32,000 nt of DNA. Origin: Aliivibrio fischeri ES114 (lineage in GTDB: Bacteria > Pseudomonadota > Gammaproteobacteria > Enterobacterales > Vibrionaceae). Shown piece after piece: positions 1 through 7,901 of this stretch (position 1 is its first letter; each line of letters starts with the position of its first letter). Location: the NCBI RefSeq assembly GCF_000011805.1, contig NC_006840.2; one strand, written 5' to 3'. A program made the translations under genes and the position numbers. The notes under the pieces are model-generated. The model was not told where the DNA came from. It made no database searches and worked only from the letters and a program-made list of their open reading frames with translations.

Positions 1-383
1 CGAGAATTAATGGTGTAACCACCTACGGTTTCAAGTTTACCGTGTAATTCAGCAACCAGAGTTCCGTTATCGGCTTCTTCTGCTTTTGCTAATTGCGCTT
101 CTAAACCACGAAATTCACGGTCACCATCAATAACATAGTCAATGGCTTTGCGTTCTAATGCAGGTGTTTCTTGAGCCACCCAAGCCATTTCCCAGTTATG
201 TGGAACACGGTTTGAACCTGCATCAACACTCAATTCACCTTTGATTAAGGCAAAAAGTGTGGATTTACCACAGCCATTTTTTCCGACTAAACCGACTTTG
301 TCACCAGGGTGAATAGTGGCAGAGGCTTGCTCTAGTAATGGCTTTCCGCCACGAAGTAATTGAATGTCTGAAAAGGTAATCAT
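1..383 (-). CDS. yheS: ABC-F family ATPase (YheS-like), N-terminal part; gene continues past the window start
   Basis: Reverse-strand translation from ATG (complement of 381-383) gives MITFSDIQLLRGGKPLLEQASATIHPGDKVGLVGKNGCGKSTLFALIKGEL..., including the Walker A motif GKNGCGKST. It is divergent from kefG, as in E. coli. Confidence 0.85.
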   Translation of the reverse strand, partial: MITFSDIQLLRGGKPLLEQASATIHPGDKVGLVGKNGCGKSTLFALIKGELSVDAGSNRVPHNWEMAWVAQETPALERKAIDYVIDGDREFRGLEAQLAKAEEADNGTLVAELHGKLETVGGYTINS

Positions 384-599
384 GCTGTGGTTTGCTTCTC
401 TTAATCTGACTGAATCTTGAAGTTATTTGAATACGATGAGCATAGTAGGCGTAAGAGGGGTGATTGTCGACATTGAAATTGTCTGTATGATAGATAATAC
501 CAACCGCGGTAGCCTTTTTCTTTTGCTATCTCTGAGCACTTAGTTACTGTGAATGGTATTAAGAGAAAAATAAAACAATAAAGTCAGAAAAGGGAAGAT

Positions 600-1142
600 A
601 TGACTCAGTTGCCTAAAATATTAGTTATTCTTGCTCATCCAGATCCTGAGCAGTCTATCGCCAATAAAGCCATTTTATCGGCTTATTCTCATTTAGAGCA
701 TGTGACTGTGCATGATCTTTATGCTCATTATCCTGATTTTTTTATTGATGTTGTATTTGAGCATGAACTGCTAGCACAACACGATATTATTATTTTTCAA
801 CATCCACTTTATCTTTATTCTTGTCCGGCACTATTAAAAGAGTGGATGGATTGCGTTTTAGGTAAAGGGTTTGCTTATGGTAATGGTGATGCTTTAAAAG
901 GTAAGCAGTGGCGAAGCGTGATCACTGCTGGTGGTATTGAAGAAGCCTTTTCCAAAACAGGATATAACCAACATTCAATGGATGACATTTTGGTTCCATT
1001 TAAAATTACCGCCGCATTGTGTCAGATGGAATGGTTACCGCCCTCTATCCAATACTGGGCACGCAAAATTACGGTAGAAAAACGACAGCAATATATTGAT
1101 GAATATAAAGCTTGGTTGCTAAACCCGAAAGGAGGCATCTAA
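600..1142 (+). CDS. kefG: Glutathione-regulated K+ efflux ancillary protein KefG (flavodoxin-like quinone oxidoreductase fold)
   Basis: 180-aa ORF (ILVILAHP...FQHPLYLYSCPALLKEW). It lies directly upstream of kefB, and its stop overlaps the kefB ATG (TAATG at 1140-1144). Confidence 0.85.
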   Translation: MTQLPKILVILAHPDPEQSIANKAILSAYSHLEHVTVHDLYAHYPDFFIDVVFEHELLAQHDIIIFQHPLYLYSCPALLKEWMDCVLGKGFAYGNGDALKGKQWRSVITAGGIEEAFSKTGYNQHSMDDILVPFKITAALCQMEWLPPSIQYWARKITVEKRQQYIDEYKAWLLNPKGGI

Positions 1143-2932
1143 TGGCTGGTGATTGGTTACATACAAGTTCAATATTTTTAGCCGCAGCTGTGGTAACCGT
1201 ACCTTTGGCACAGCGTTTTGGTCTTGGTGCGGTACTAGGCTATTTATTAGCAGGAATCGCAATTGGTCCATGGGGGTTAAAATTAATTTCAGATGTGGAT
1301 GCGATTCTTCATTTCTCTGAATTTGGCGTGGTATTGCTGCTCTTTTTAATCGGGTTAGAGTTGAACCCCAGTAAATTATGGAAAATGCGAAAACCGATAA
1401 TCGGATTAGGAGGAAGCCAGGTTGTGGTGTCATCTGTGGTGATTACCGCTGCGATGATGTTTTTTGGTTTAGCATGGCAAGTCAGTTTGGTTATCGGCAT
1501 GGGGTTAGCTTTGTCATCGACCGCGATTGCCTTAAGAGTGATAGAAGAGCGTAAACTGTCTGATTCTGAAAGTGGGCAATCTGGTTTTGCGGTTTTGCTG
1601 TTTCAGGATATTGCAGTTATTCCTATGTTAGCGATACTGCCTGTTTTAGCCGGTGGTGCGAGTGGTAATTGGCTCGACGGATTATGGGTTCTTGCTGGTG
1701 TCATTTCTATTTTTACTCTTGCCCATTTTCTATTACGCCCACTTTTTAGCTATGTAGTGAAAAGTGGAGCGAGAGAGTTATTTACTGTTGCCGCATTACT
1801 ACTGGTGATTGGTGTATCTGCTGCGATGAAACAGTTAGGACTCTCTATGGCTCTTGGGGCATTTTTAGCAGGGGTATTGCTGGCTGAAAGTGAGTTTCGT
1901 CATGAGTTAGAAGTGGCTATTGAACCTTTTAAAGGGTTATTGCTTGGTTTGTTTTTTATTGCAGTAGGAATGTCAGTTAATTTAGGGCTATTACTACAGT
2001 ATCCATTTGAGATCTTAGCTGCTGTATTGTTACTTGTAGTAGTGAAAGGGTTGCTGATTTATGGGTTAGCAAGAGCTTTTGGTACTCGAGCGAAAGCACG
2101 TAGTCAAATGGCGATGATATTAAGTCAAGGTGGCGAGTTTGCTTTTGTTTTGTTTACGGCTGCCCAAATGGAAGGTTTATTAAGCCGAGAACTAACAGCA
2201 TTTTTGTTGGTGGTTGTCAGTATCTCTATGATGACAACACCGCTGTTTTTAATCGCTCAAGATAAATGGTTTGCGAGAACGTTAAACAGCGAAGAAGAGA
2301 TGCCTTTATCTGACTTTACACACGCAACTCAACCAGAAGTTATTATTGCTGGCTTTGGGCGATTTGGTCAGATTGTTGGACGATTACTTTTCGCTAATAA
2401 GATAAAACTGACTATTTTAGAGGCAGACCCAAGTCAAATTCGTCTGCTGCGTAAATTCGATTATAAAGTGTATTACGGTGATGCAACGCAAGTCGAACTC
2501 TTACGAGCGGCGGGAGCAGAAAAAGCCAAAGCCATTGTAGTGTGTAAAAAAGATCCACAAAAAGTAATGGAAGTCGTGGCGTTGTGCCAAAGACATTTTC
2601 CTCATTTAAAAATATTAGCCCGTGCGCGCAGTCGAGTAGAGGCTTATGAGTTATTGAGTGAAGGCGTTGATAACTTTTCACGAGAAACTTTCTATGGTGC
2701 CCTTGATTTAGGGCGACAAACCCTCACATCTTTAGGCATGCATCCTTATCAAGCTAAGCGAGCAGAATCTCATTTTAAAAAGTTAGATGTTGCTATGCTA
2801 AAAGAATTGTTACCATTACATTCAGATGATAAATCTCTGGCTTCAAAAGCGAAGGCTGCTCGAATCGAGTTAGAAGAGATTTTTAGCTTAGAAATGGAAA
2901 ACGAACGCTCAAGCCAGAACCATTGGGACTGA
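1142..2932 (+). CDS. kefB: Glutathione-regulated K+/H+ antiporter KefB
   Basis: The ORF spans 1112-2932. I prefer ATG 1142 because of the SD aaaggagg at 1128-1135 and the 1-nt overlap with the kefG stop. The protein has a polytopic membrane domain and a C-terminal RCK/KTN domain with IIAGFGRFGQIVGRLL. Confidence 0.9.
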   Translation: MAGDWLHTSSIFLAAAVVTVPLAQRFGLGAVLGYLLAGIAIGPWGLKLISDVDAILHFSEFGVVLLLFLIGLELNPSKLWKMRKPIIGLGGSQVVVSSVVITAAMMFFGLAWQVSLVIGMGLALSSTAIALRVIEERKLSDSESGQSGFAVLLFQDIAVIPMLAILPVLAGGASGNWLDGLWVLAGVISIFTLAHFLLRPLFSYVVKSGARELFTVAALLLVIGVSAAMKQLGLSMALGAFLAGVLLAESEFRHELEVAIEPFKGLLLGLFFIAVGMSVNLGLLLQYPFEILAAVLLLVVVKGLLIYGLARAFGTRAKARSQMAMILSQGGEFAFVLFTAAQMEGLLSRELTAFLLVVVSISMMTTPLFLIAQDKWFARTLNSEEEMPLSDFTHATQPEVIIAGFGRFGQIVGRLLFANKIKLTILEADPSQIRLLRKFDYKVYYGDATQVELLRAAGAEKAKAIVVCKKDPQKVMEVVALCQRHFPHLKILARARSRVEAYELLSEGVDNFSRETFYGALDLGRQTLTSLGMHPYQAKRAESHFKKLDVAMLKELLPLHSDDKSLASKAKAARIELEEIFSLEMENERSSQNHWD

Positions 2933-2967
2933 TGTTATAAAGAGTTAATAGCACAAGGATAATAACC

Positions 2968-3162
2968 GTGAAAAAACGATTTATTGCAGGTGCAGTTTGT
3001 CCATCATGTAGCAAAGAAGATACGCTACGCTGGTGGCAAGAAAGTAATATCGAGTATGTTGAATGTGTTGATTGTGGTCATACAGACCGTCGAACGCCTA
3101 AATCACTCGAAAAAACCAAACATGCGCAAGATGATGTTATTGGTGTTTTTAAGCCTGAATAG
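2968..3162 (+). CDS. yheV: YheV-family small zinc-ribbon protein
   Basis: 64 aa with a GTG start and two CxxC pairs (CPSC...CVDC). It occupies the same kefB-yheV-slyD position as in E. coli. Confidence 0.75.
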   Translation: MKKRFIAGAVCPSCSKEDTLRWWQESNIEYVECVDCGHTDRRTPKSLEKTKHAQDDVIGVFKPE

Positions 3163-3218
3163 TATTATGTTGCCATACTGAATACCATCCACTAATGCTA
3201 AGTGCATCCGGAGTTAAA

Positions 3219-3872
3219 ATGAAAATTGAAAAGAACGTTGTTGTAAGTCTAGCTTACCAAGTGAAAACAGAAGAAGGCGTAGTTGTAGACCATCAACAAG
3301 TTGACGCTCCTCTTGATTACCTACACGGCCACAACAACCTAATCGTTGGTCTTGAAAAAGCACTTGAAGGTAAAGTTGAAGGCGACAAATTCAGCATCAC
3401 TGTAACTCCTGAAGAAGCGTACGGCGAGCACATGGATGAGATGGTTCAACGTGTTCCTGCAAACGTATTCCAAGGCGTTGACCAAATTGAAGTTGGTATG
3501 CGTTTCCTTGCTGATACAGACCAAGGTCCAATCCCTGTAGAAGTAACTGAAGTTGATGGCGATGAAGTTGTTGTTGATGGCAACCACATGCTTGCTGGTC
3601 AAACTCTAGATTTTGATGTTGAAGTAGTAGCACTACGTGCAGCAACAGAAGAAGAAGCTGCTCACGGTCATATTCACCAAGAAGGTGGCTGTGGTGGTCA
3701 CGGTCACGACCATGATCACGAAGGTGGTTGTTGTGGTGGCGAAGCCATTCTCACGATCACGAAGAAGAGCACGTATGCTGTGGTAACGGCAACTGTTCTA
3801 AGTAATCTTAAGAACAGGGACGAGGACGCTTCGCTCGAGAGTTTAGGGGCGAGGAAGATCTTCGTACTGTAG
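3219..3872 (+). CDS. slyD: FKBP-type peptidyl-prolyl isomerase / metallochaperone SlyD; the C-terminal tail appears frameshifted (a canonical tail ending at 3805 is encoded in the -1 frame)
   Basis: MKIEKNVVVSLAYQVKTEEGVVVD...LDYLHGHNNLIVGLEKALEG is typical SlyD. I chose ATG 3219 over the ORF-track start at 3195. The His/Cys tail begins HGHIHQEGGCGGHGHDHDHEGGCCGG and then loses all His/Cys. The alternative frame from 3740 reads RSHSHDHEEEHVCCGNGNCSK*. Confidence 0.85.
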   Translation: MKIEKNVVVSLAYQVKTEEGVVVDHQQVDAPLDYLHGHNNLIVGLEKALEGKVEGDKFSITVTPEEAYGEHMDEMVQRVPANVFQGVDQIEVGMRFLADTDQGPIPVEVTEVDGDEVVVDGNHMLAGQTLDFDVEVVALRAATEEEAAHGHIHQEGGCGGHGHDHDHEGGCCGGEAILTITKKSTYAVVTATVLSNLKNRDEDASLESLGARKIFVL

Positions 3873-3985
3873 AAATTAAAAAACCGTAGGTGCTGATGCA
3901 TTTACGGTTTTTTTGTTTTTAGGCTTCTGAGTGCTCGATTTGCTCTTTCTCGCTCCTAGAGCGTAGCGTTCTCGATTCTCGCTTC
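3817..3985. repeat. Imperfect inverted repeat (arms about 3817-3860 and 3942-3985) flanking the slyD/slyX terminator; CGAG motifs on the left arm and CTCG on the right
   Basis: The left arm is gggacgaggacgcttcgctcgagagtttaggggcgaggaagatc. The reverse complement of the right arm is gaagcgagaatcgagaacgctacgctctaggagcgagaaagagc. Shared blocks are acgct[t/a]cgctc and tagg[g/a]gcgag[g/a]aaga[t/g]c. Confidence 0.6.
3878..3917. terminator. Bidirectional intrinsic terminator shared by the convergent slyD and slyX
   Basis: Stem aaaccgta (3881-3888) pairs with tacggttt (3903-3910). An A-run lies upstream and a T-run downstream. Confidence 0.8.
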
Positions 3986-3990
3986 TGCAC

Positions 3991-4215
3991 TTAGTAATGC
4001 GGTGGTGGCGTCTCTTCCGATGCATCCGCCATATTCGACGAATCCATGGTTTTCATCTTACCTACCATAAACTTCATCTGAACTTGCATATTAGTGATTA
4101 ATAGCTGTTGCTGAGATAGGGCGTCGTTTAGTTCATCAATGGTTTGCTCTTGAAACGCCATTTGACACTCTAAATCACTGATCTTTTGTTCTAATTGTTC
4201 AATTGTTGTTGTCAT
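3991..4215 (-). CDS. slyX: SlyX (small coiled-coil protein of unknown function)
   Basis: MTTTIEQLEQKISDLECQMAFQEQTIDELNDAL...EETPPPHY, with the C-terminal ETPPPHY seen in E. coli SlyX. The ATG at complement 4213-4215 overlaps the upstream gene's stop (TAATG). Confidence 0.85.
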   Translation of the reverse strand: MTTTIEQLEQKISDLECQMAFQEQTIDELNDALSQQQLLITNMQVQMKFMVGKMKTMDSSNMADASEETPPPHY

Positions 4216-5228
4216 TATTCTATTAACCACGCTTGGGCGATTCCTGCTGATGTTGCTGAAACCACTCGTTGTTGTTTATCAATGGCGACATCATACACTA
4301 CTGCTGTTGGTGGGCGTGCATCTTTTAATGGTTCTGAACGCCATTGTTCGAGCTTTTTACCTGATGTGGTATTCCATACATTTACGGTTCCAGAGGGAGA
4401 ACCTGTAACCAGAAGTTGGCCATCATCACTAAAGCGAGCGGTAGAATATACCTGTTGGCGAGCTAACGTACTAAGTTCTGTTATCTTTTCACCGGTTTTT
4501 AAATCCCAAATAAAACCTTCATTACCACCATCGGCAGTAAAAGCATATTTACCATCGCGTTGAAGTGCCGTTCGACTTACTCGTTTTTCATGTTCAAAGG
4601 TACGAAGTATTTGCCCTGTTTCGGTATCCCACAAATAAGCAAAGTAATCATTACCACCAGATAGGGCAAATTTACCATTTGCAGAAAGGGCGACAGAATT
4701 AACTTTTTCTCTGTGAGCTAAAAATTCTAAGCGGCGGCCGGTAGCCAGATTGATATAAATGGCTTTACCATTTGAAAGCCCAAGTAGAACTTGTTGTCCA
4801 TTACTTGCAATGGCTACATCTCGAATAATACCGTCAGAGATAGACCATAACCCTTCAGATATTCCCATTCCCAAATCCCAAACAGCAAAGTTAGTTTGAG
4901 TTGCGGTTATTGCAAATCGAGAGTTATCAGAGATTCTGATATAGGACACCGTTGATTTATCTTGATCTTGGTCACCGAAAAAAGTCAGTTCTTTATTTTC
5001 TACAAGATCCCAAAAATGAAGACCAGATTTTACTTGTGATTCATTTTTTTCAGGAATAGAGTCATTCTTAACAAAGAAAAGAGCAAAACGAGCATCACGA
5101 CTTAACGCAAAACTTGTTGTTCCCTGGGGAGCTAATTCCCAGCGTTGGTCGTCTGAATTTTGGAAAAAACAGCCCGATAATGTCAGCGTAATGACAAAAA
5201 TAGCGATGTATTGAGATATAGCGCGCAT
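4215..5228 (-). CDS. WD40-repeat beta-propeller lipoprotein, function unknown
   Basis: Signal peptide with lipobox LTLSGC. Repeated WD-like blade ends are present (FAVWDL, AYLWDTETG, GFIWDLKTG, VNVWNTTSG). I prefer ATG (complement 5226-5228) over the TTG at 5231 used by the ORF track. Confidence 0.75.
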   Translation of the reverse strand: MRAISQYIAIFVITLTLSGCFFQNSDDQRWELAPQGTTSFALSRDARFALFFVKNDSIPEKNESQVKSGLHFWDLVENKELTFFGDQDQDKSTVSYIRISDNSRFAITATQTNFAVWDLGMGISEGLWSISDGIIRDVAIASNGQQVLLGLSNGKAIYINLATGRRLEFLAHREKVNSVALSANGKFALSGGNDYFAYLWDTETGQILRTFEHEKRVSRTALQRDGKYAFTADGGNEGFIWDLKTGEKITELSTLARQQVYSTARFSDDGQLLVTGSPSGTVNVWNTTSGKKLEQWRSEPLKDARPPTAVVYDVAIDKQQRVVSATSAGIAQAWLIE

Positions 5229-5451
5229 CAAATTGAACTACTCGTTTGTAATGTGTCTATAAGTACTAGTATATTGTGATGAACAGTATTTCGCATCTAT
5301 ATACCAATCTAAATAAGTATTCGATCACTATTGCTGGTGAAAATCGATGATAACTAGCAATAATTTTATCAACTACTTATCCAGATTGGTATGATCTAAA
5401 AAATTGAATAAGAAAATTGAGGCAGGACCTCAAATAATCTGGAGTTTTGAA

Positions 5452-6246
5452 ATGAAATCTATCTTTAAAGTGTCGTTACTTGCTGCAACTGTTGCATTTG
5501 TTGTTGGTTGTCAAAAAGAAGAAGCACCAAAAACAGAAGCAACAACATTACCTGCAAAAATCGAAGCATCTACTGAGTCTGCTACAGCAGCAACATTTGC
5601 ATCAGAAGATGAAAAAGCAGGTTACGCAATAGGTGCATCTTTAGCTAAATACCTAAACTCAAACCTAGAGAAGCAAACAGAGCTAGGTCTTGACCTGAAG
5701 AAAGCGGATGTACTTGCTGGTGTAACTGATGTATTTAATGGTAAAGAGCGTCTAACTGATGAAGAGATCCAAGTTGCTCTTCAAAACCTAGATCAACGTG
5801 TTGCTGAAATTGCACAAAAGAAAATGGCAGCAGAATCTGAAGCTAACGCAAAAGCGGGTGCTGACTTCCGTGCTAAATTTGAAAAAGAAGATGGCGTGAA
5901 GAAAACAGAATCAGGCCTTCTATACAAAGTAATCACACCTGCTGACGGTCCTAAGCCAAAAGACACTGATACAGTAGTTGTTCATTACTCTGGTACATTA
6001 ATTGATGGTACTAAGTTTGATAGCTCTTACGATCGTAACCAACCAGCGACTTTCCCACTAAACGCAGTAATTCCTGGCTGGACTGAAGGTGTTCAATTAA
6101 TGAATGTTGGTTCTAAGTACAAGTTCGTTATCCCTGCTGAGTTAGGCTACGGCGCACAAGGCAACCAAGCGATTCCTGCAAATTCAACTCTAGTATTTGA
6201 TGTTGAGTTGCTAGAAATCAAAGATGCAGCAAAACCTGCAAAATAA
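5452..6246 (+). CDS. fkpA: FKBP-type peptidyl-prolyl isomerase FkpA (N-terminal dimerisation domain plus C-terminal FKBP domain), here with a lipobox-type signal
   Basis: MKSIFKVSLLAATVAFVVGCQKEE...VVVHYSGTLIDGTKFDSSY...IPGWTEG...NSTLVFDVELLEI. I chose ATG 5452 (GGAG 8 nt upstream) over the TTG at 5404. Confidence 0.9.
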   Translation: MKSIFKVSLLAATVAFVVGCQKEEAPKTEATTLPAKIEASTESATAATFASEDEKAGYAIGASLAKYLNSNLEKQTELGLDLKKADVLAGVTDVFNGKERLTDEEIQVALQNLDQRVAEIAQKKMAAESEANAKAGADFRAKFEKEDGVKKTESGLLYKVITPADGPKPKDTDTVVVHYSGTLIDGTKFDSSYDRNQPATFPLNAVIPGWTEGVQLMNVGSKYKFVIPAELGYGAQGNQAIPANSTLVFDVELLEIKDAAKPAK

Positions 6247-6294
6247 TCTGATTGAAGATTAAATAATCTAAACTTTGTTTTAGATCACTGAATT

Positions 6295-6320
6295 AGCCCC
6301 GGCACTTGCTGGGGTTTTTT
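6295..6320 (+). terminator. Intrinsic terminator after fkpA
   Basis: Stem ccccggc (6297-6303) pairs with gctgggg (6308-6314), with loop actt, followed by T6. Confidence 0.8.
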
Positions 6321-6416
6321 ATTTTCATGCAAATATTCTGATAAACTTGATGTAATTATTTTAAGCCTTAAGTCTTAGCATGAGTGTTAAGCAAGCAAAT
6401 ATTAAGTTGGTAGATT

Positions 6417-7121
6417 ATGAATATTGAGAATACTGCGGAAGAAAGTTTTTCTGAAGTGGTGCCATTTACAGAGTTTGACCATCACATTTTGCGCTCTTAT
6501 GAAGCTGTGGTGGATGGAATTGCCAGTTTAATCGGTAACTATTGTGAAATCGTTTTACACTCATTAGAAGATATCAATAAATCAGCGATTCGAATTGCTA
6601 ATGGCGAAAATACAGGACGTAAAGTTGGCTCTCCAATCACCGATTTAGCGCTGCAAATGCTAAAAGATATTGAACGTTCTAAACGTAATTTCTCTCGGTC
6701 TTACTTCACTCGAGCAAAAGGTGGCGTGCTAATGAAGTCAATCACTGTTGCTATTCGTAACGGGGATGAAAGAATCATTGGTTTACTGTGTATTAATATC
6801 AATTTAGATGCGCCTTTTTCACAGGTATTGCAATCATTTATGCCAAGTGAAGAAGCGAATGAAGCAGCATCAAGTGTTAACTTTGCAAGTGATGTAGATG
6901 AGCTTGTTGACCAAACTGTAAAACGTACGATTGATGAGATTAATGCAGATAAAGAAGTCGGCAATAATGCAAAGAATAAACAAATCGTAATGGATTTATA
7001 CGATAAAGGCATTTTTGATATTAAAGATGCGATTAACCGTGTTGCTGACCAATTGAATATCTCTAAACACACTGTTTATCTTTATATCCGTCAAAGAAAA
7101 ACAGAGGATGGTGAAAAGTGA
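6417..7121 (+). CDS. yheO: YheO-like transcriptional regulator (PAS-like N-domain, C-terminal HTH)
   Basis: 234 aa. The motif [11 protein letters not shown]...[17 protein letters not shown] is typical of YheO, and the C-terminal segment [12 protein letters not shown] resembles an HTH. It is the first gene of yheO-tusDCB, as in E. coli. Confidence 0.8.
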   Translation: MNIENTAEESFSEVVPFTEFDHHILRSYEAVVDGIASLIGNYCEIVLHSLEDINKSAIRIANGENTGRKVGSPITDLALQMLKDIERSKRNFSRSYFTRAKGGVLMKSITVAIRNGDERIIGLLCININLDAPFSQVLQSFMPSEEANEAASSVNFASDVDELVDQTVKRTIDEINADKEVGNNAKNKQIVMDLYDKGIFDIKDAINRVADQLNISKHTVYLYIRQRKTEDGEK

Positions 7122-7510
7122 GTTTAGTGTATGGACTTGTTGTTAATGGGCCTGCCTATGGCTCACAAGCATCAAGAAAAGCTTTTCAATTTGCAGAAGC
7201 AGTATTAGCTCAAGGACACAGCATCAAAAAGGTGTTCTTTTATCAGGAAGGGGTGTTAAATGCGTCTTCTTTGATTTTACCTGCTAATGATGAAGTTGAT
7301 ATCACTAAGCAATGGCAAGAGCTAGCACTGCGCCATGATATTGAATTGGAAACTTGTGTTGCTGCAGCACTACGACGTGGTGTTATTGGTGAAGAAGAAG
7401 CAAGTCAGCATCAATTAAAACAACATAATTTAGCTGTTGGTTTTCAGCAAGCAGGGTTAGGTGGTTTAGCTACGGCGTTATTGAAGTTCGACCGTGTTGT
7501 TCAGTTTTAA
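7118..7510 (+). CDS. tusD: Sulfurtransferase TusD (DsrE family)
   Basis: 130 aa. The GTG start overlaps the yheO stop (GTGA). The sequence [21 protein letters not shown] is DsrE/TusD-like. Confidence 0.9.
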   Translation: MSLVYGLVVNGPAYGSQASRKAFQFAEAVLAQGHSIKKVFFYQEGVLNASSLILPANDEVDITKQWQELALRHDIELETCVAAALRRGVIGEEEASQHQLKQHNLAVGFQQAGLGGLATALLKFDRVVQF

Positions 7511-7528
7511 CCGTGTTGTTCAGTTTAA
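7491..7528 (+). repeat. 19-bp tandem duplication spanning the tusD stop codon
   Basis: accgtgttgttcagttt occurs at 7491-7507 and again at 7510-7526. The full 19-nt units differ at one position (ta versus aa). Confidence 0.9.
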
Positions 7529-7544
7529 ATAAAGCGGAAATATT

Positions 7545-7901
7545 ATGAATCGACTTGGATTTGTATTTCAATCGGCACCACACTCAACATCAAAAGGTAG
7601 GGAAGGGCTAGATGCCATATTAGCAGCCTCTGCTTACAGTGAAGATATTCAAATCTTCTTTATTGGAGATGGTGTGTTGCAGCTACTTAAGAATCAAGAA
7701 CCAGAAAAGATTTTATCTAGAGATTATATTTCAGGGTTTAAAATGCTTGAACTTTATGATCTTGAAGAGATATTTGTTTGTCAGAATGCAATGGGTAACC
7801 GTGGCATAAAAGAAGAATATCTTTTGATTGATGTTGATAGCATTTCAAATAAAGACATAAATGAAAAGCTGTCTCAATGTGATCAGATTATGGTGTTTTA
7901 A
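7545..7901 (+). CDS. tusC: Sulfurtransferase TusC (DsrF family)
   Basis: 118 aa in conserved position between tusD and tusB. The sequence FVFQSAPHSTSKGREGLDAILA is DsrF-like. Confidence 0.85.
   Translation: MNRLGFVFQSAPHSTSKGREGLDAILAASAYSEDIQIFFIGDGVLQLLKNQEPEKILSRDYISGFKMLELYDLEEIFVCQNAMGNRGIKEEYLLIDVDSISNKDINEKLSQCDQIMVF

Noticed and set aside
1112-1141. N-terminal extensions implied by the ORF-track starts (kefB 1112, slyD 3195, WD40 gene 5231 TTG, fkpA 5404 TTG, rpsJ 13187 GTG, rpmC 17719 GTG, thiB 30341 GTG)
   Set aside because: In each case a downstream ATG has a better SD or an overlap-coupling context and reproduces the N-terminus of the known protein family. The extensions add residues unrelated to that family.
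2984-3181. 65-aa alternative-frame ORF overlapping yheV
   Set aside because: The yheV frame encodes the conserved double-CxxC zinc-ribbon protein. The overlapping frame has no motif or SD and starts inside yheV.
3735-3745. Programmed ribosomal frameshift as the explanation for the slyD frame switch
   Set aside because: There is no slippery heptamer (the sequence is ggt ggc gaa gcc) and no downstream stimulatory structure at the usual 5-9 nt distance. A simple indel is far more parsimonious.
5301-5392. 10-nt inverted repeat, ataccaatct (5301-5310) and agattggtat (5383-5392), in the divergent WD40/fkpA promoter region
   Set aside because: A single 10-mer inverted match within about 220 bp of AT-rich DNA is not far from chance expectation. 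The arms are 72 nt apart and match no regulator motif I recognise.
5369-5399. Sigma-E type promoter for fkpA (AACT... / TCTAA)
   Set aside because: The only AACT-containing -35 candidate lies about 19 nt from the TCTAA element, whereas the sigma-E consensus spacing is about 16 nt, and the -35 matches poorly (caactac versus GGAACTT).
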